A stretch of DNA of 64,000 bases from Pseudobdellovibrionaceae bacterium. Its GTDB lineage: Bacteria > Bdellovibrionota > Bdellovibrionia > Bdellovibrionales > Bdellovibrionaceae. This document shows positions 63,436 to 64,000 of this stretch, one piece after another. The notes beneath the pieces are model-generated. The model had not been told where the DNA came from and searched no databases. It saw only the letters and a list, made by a program, of their open reading frames with translations. The stretch lies in NCBI GenBank assembly GCA_039810425.1, contig JBDHWW010000007.1:21929-85928 (forward strand). The letters are read 5' to 3'. Each line of letters begins with the position of its first letter. The stretch's first letter is position 1. Position numbers and translations under genes: made by a program.

Positions 63436-63606
63436 ATGAATCTAATGGCTCGAATTGTTTTAGGGCTCCTGCAATTTGCATTAGTAGTCGGTCTTACTGG
63501 AGGGCTAATCGACCTCACCCGAACCATGAGGGACGAAGCAGCGAAAGCCCATAAGCAAGGACTCGTTAGCCTTAAGCGACTCAATCAGGTTCTCGTCGGC
63601 CCATAG
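63436..63606 (+). CDS. 56-aa hypothetical protein with N-terminal hydrophobic helix (not in ORF track)
   Basis: GGAGG RBS; MNLMARIVLGLLQFALVVGLTGGLIDLTRTMRDEAAKAHKQGLVSLKRLNQVLVGP*. Confidence 0.6.
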   Translation: MNLMARIVLGLLQFALVVGLTGGLIDLTRTMRDEAAKAHKQGLVSLKRLNQVLVGP

Positions 63607-63671
63607 AAAAACATCGGCTCTTTTGGGGCGAAGACAAACTTCGTCCCCGTCTTATCAAGAAGGGCCAAACT

Positions 63672-63968
63672 ATGAATGAAAATCAAGTGCTGCTCGGCCA
63701 AGAGCAACCCAAAGTGTTTTTGTATCTTCGCGTATCCACGAGCGACCAAAATATCGAAAGCCAGAAATTCGCACTCCTCGACTACTGTTCAAGGCAAGGA
63801 CTTCAAAATTACGAAATGTTTGTGGATCACGGGATTTCAGGAGCCAAGGAAAGTCGGCCAGCACTCAACGAAATGATGGCACGAGTAGAGAGGCAAGAAT
63901 GCTCTCAGGTGATTGTGTTCTCGCCCGGATCCGTGGAATCTCCGCAGCAATCCTCTCCGATCCGTTAA
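63672..63968 (+). pseudogene. Truncated serine recombinase (resolvase/invertase family)
   Basis: YLRVST..Q, D.GISG...RPAL intact; similarity stops after VIVFS, before the expected xRxxR motif, and a stop follows. Confidence 0.8.
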
Positions 63969-64000
63969 ATTTTATTTTTTGAATTTTCCGATGCCGTGAA

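Larger units (their letters stand above)
63206..64000. mobile_element. Probable edge of a tRNA-Ser-integrated element or its remnant
   Basis: Phased short repeats right after the tRNA, then a small ORF and a truncated serine recombinase. Confidence 0.55.

Overview
Origin-proximal core chromosome of a predatory Bdellovibrio-like bacterium (Bdellovibrionota), inferred from gene content and a near-identical homologue of the Bdellovibrio histone. Order: recF (3' part)-gyrB-gyrA, a stand-alone F0 ATP synthase block, pgm/pdxA/three PPIases, etfBA, sdhCAB, a secreted S8 protease, rpsF-DUF2232-rplI, dnaB/fis/queE, ftsK, lptM-like-dapF-dapA-dapB-degenerate folK-tal, murD, a 64-aa bacterial histone (41597-41791), ligA, gatCAB, ppx, a proline-rich LysM lipoprotein, PilZ, rho, rpmE2-prfA-prmC-murA, a GYF/TPR membrane protein, serS and tRNA-Ser(TGA). 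The tRNA is followed by what looks like the edge of an integrated element carrying a truncated serine recombinase. The main signals are the bacterial histone gene; a sigma54-type promoter with phased upstream sites driving a small secreted-peptide transcript that has three anti-Shine-Dalgarno motifs; a 42-bp perfect inverted repeat after atpE; a FolK pseudoenzyme; and an S6:S18 leader in an operon lacking rpsR. All calls come from reading the sequence and recalling family motifs. No searches were run.
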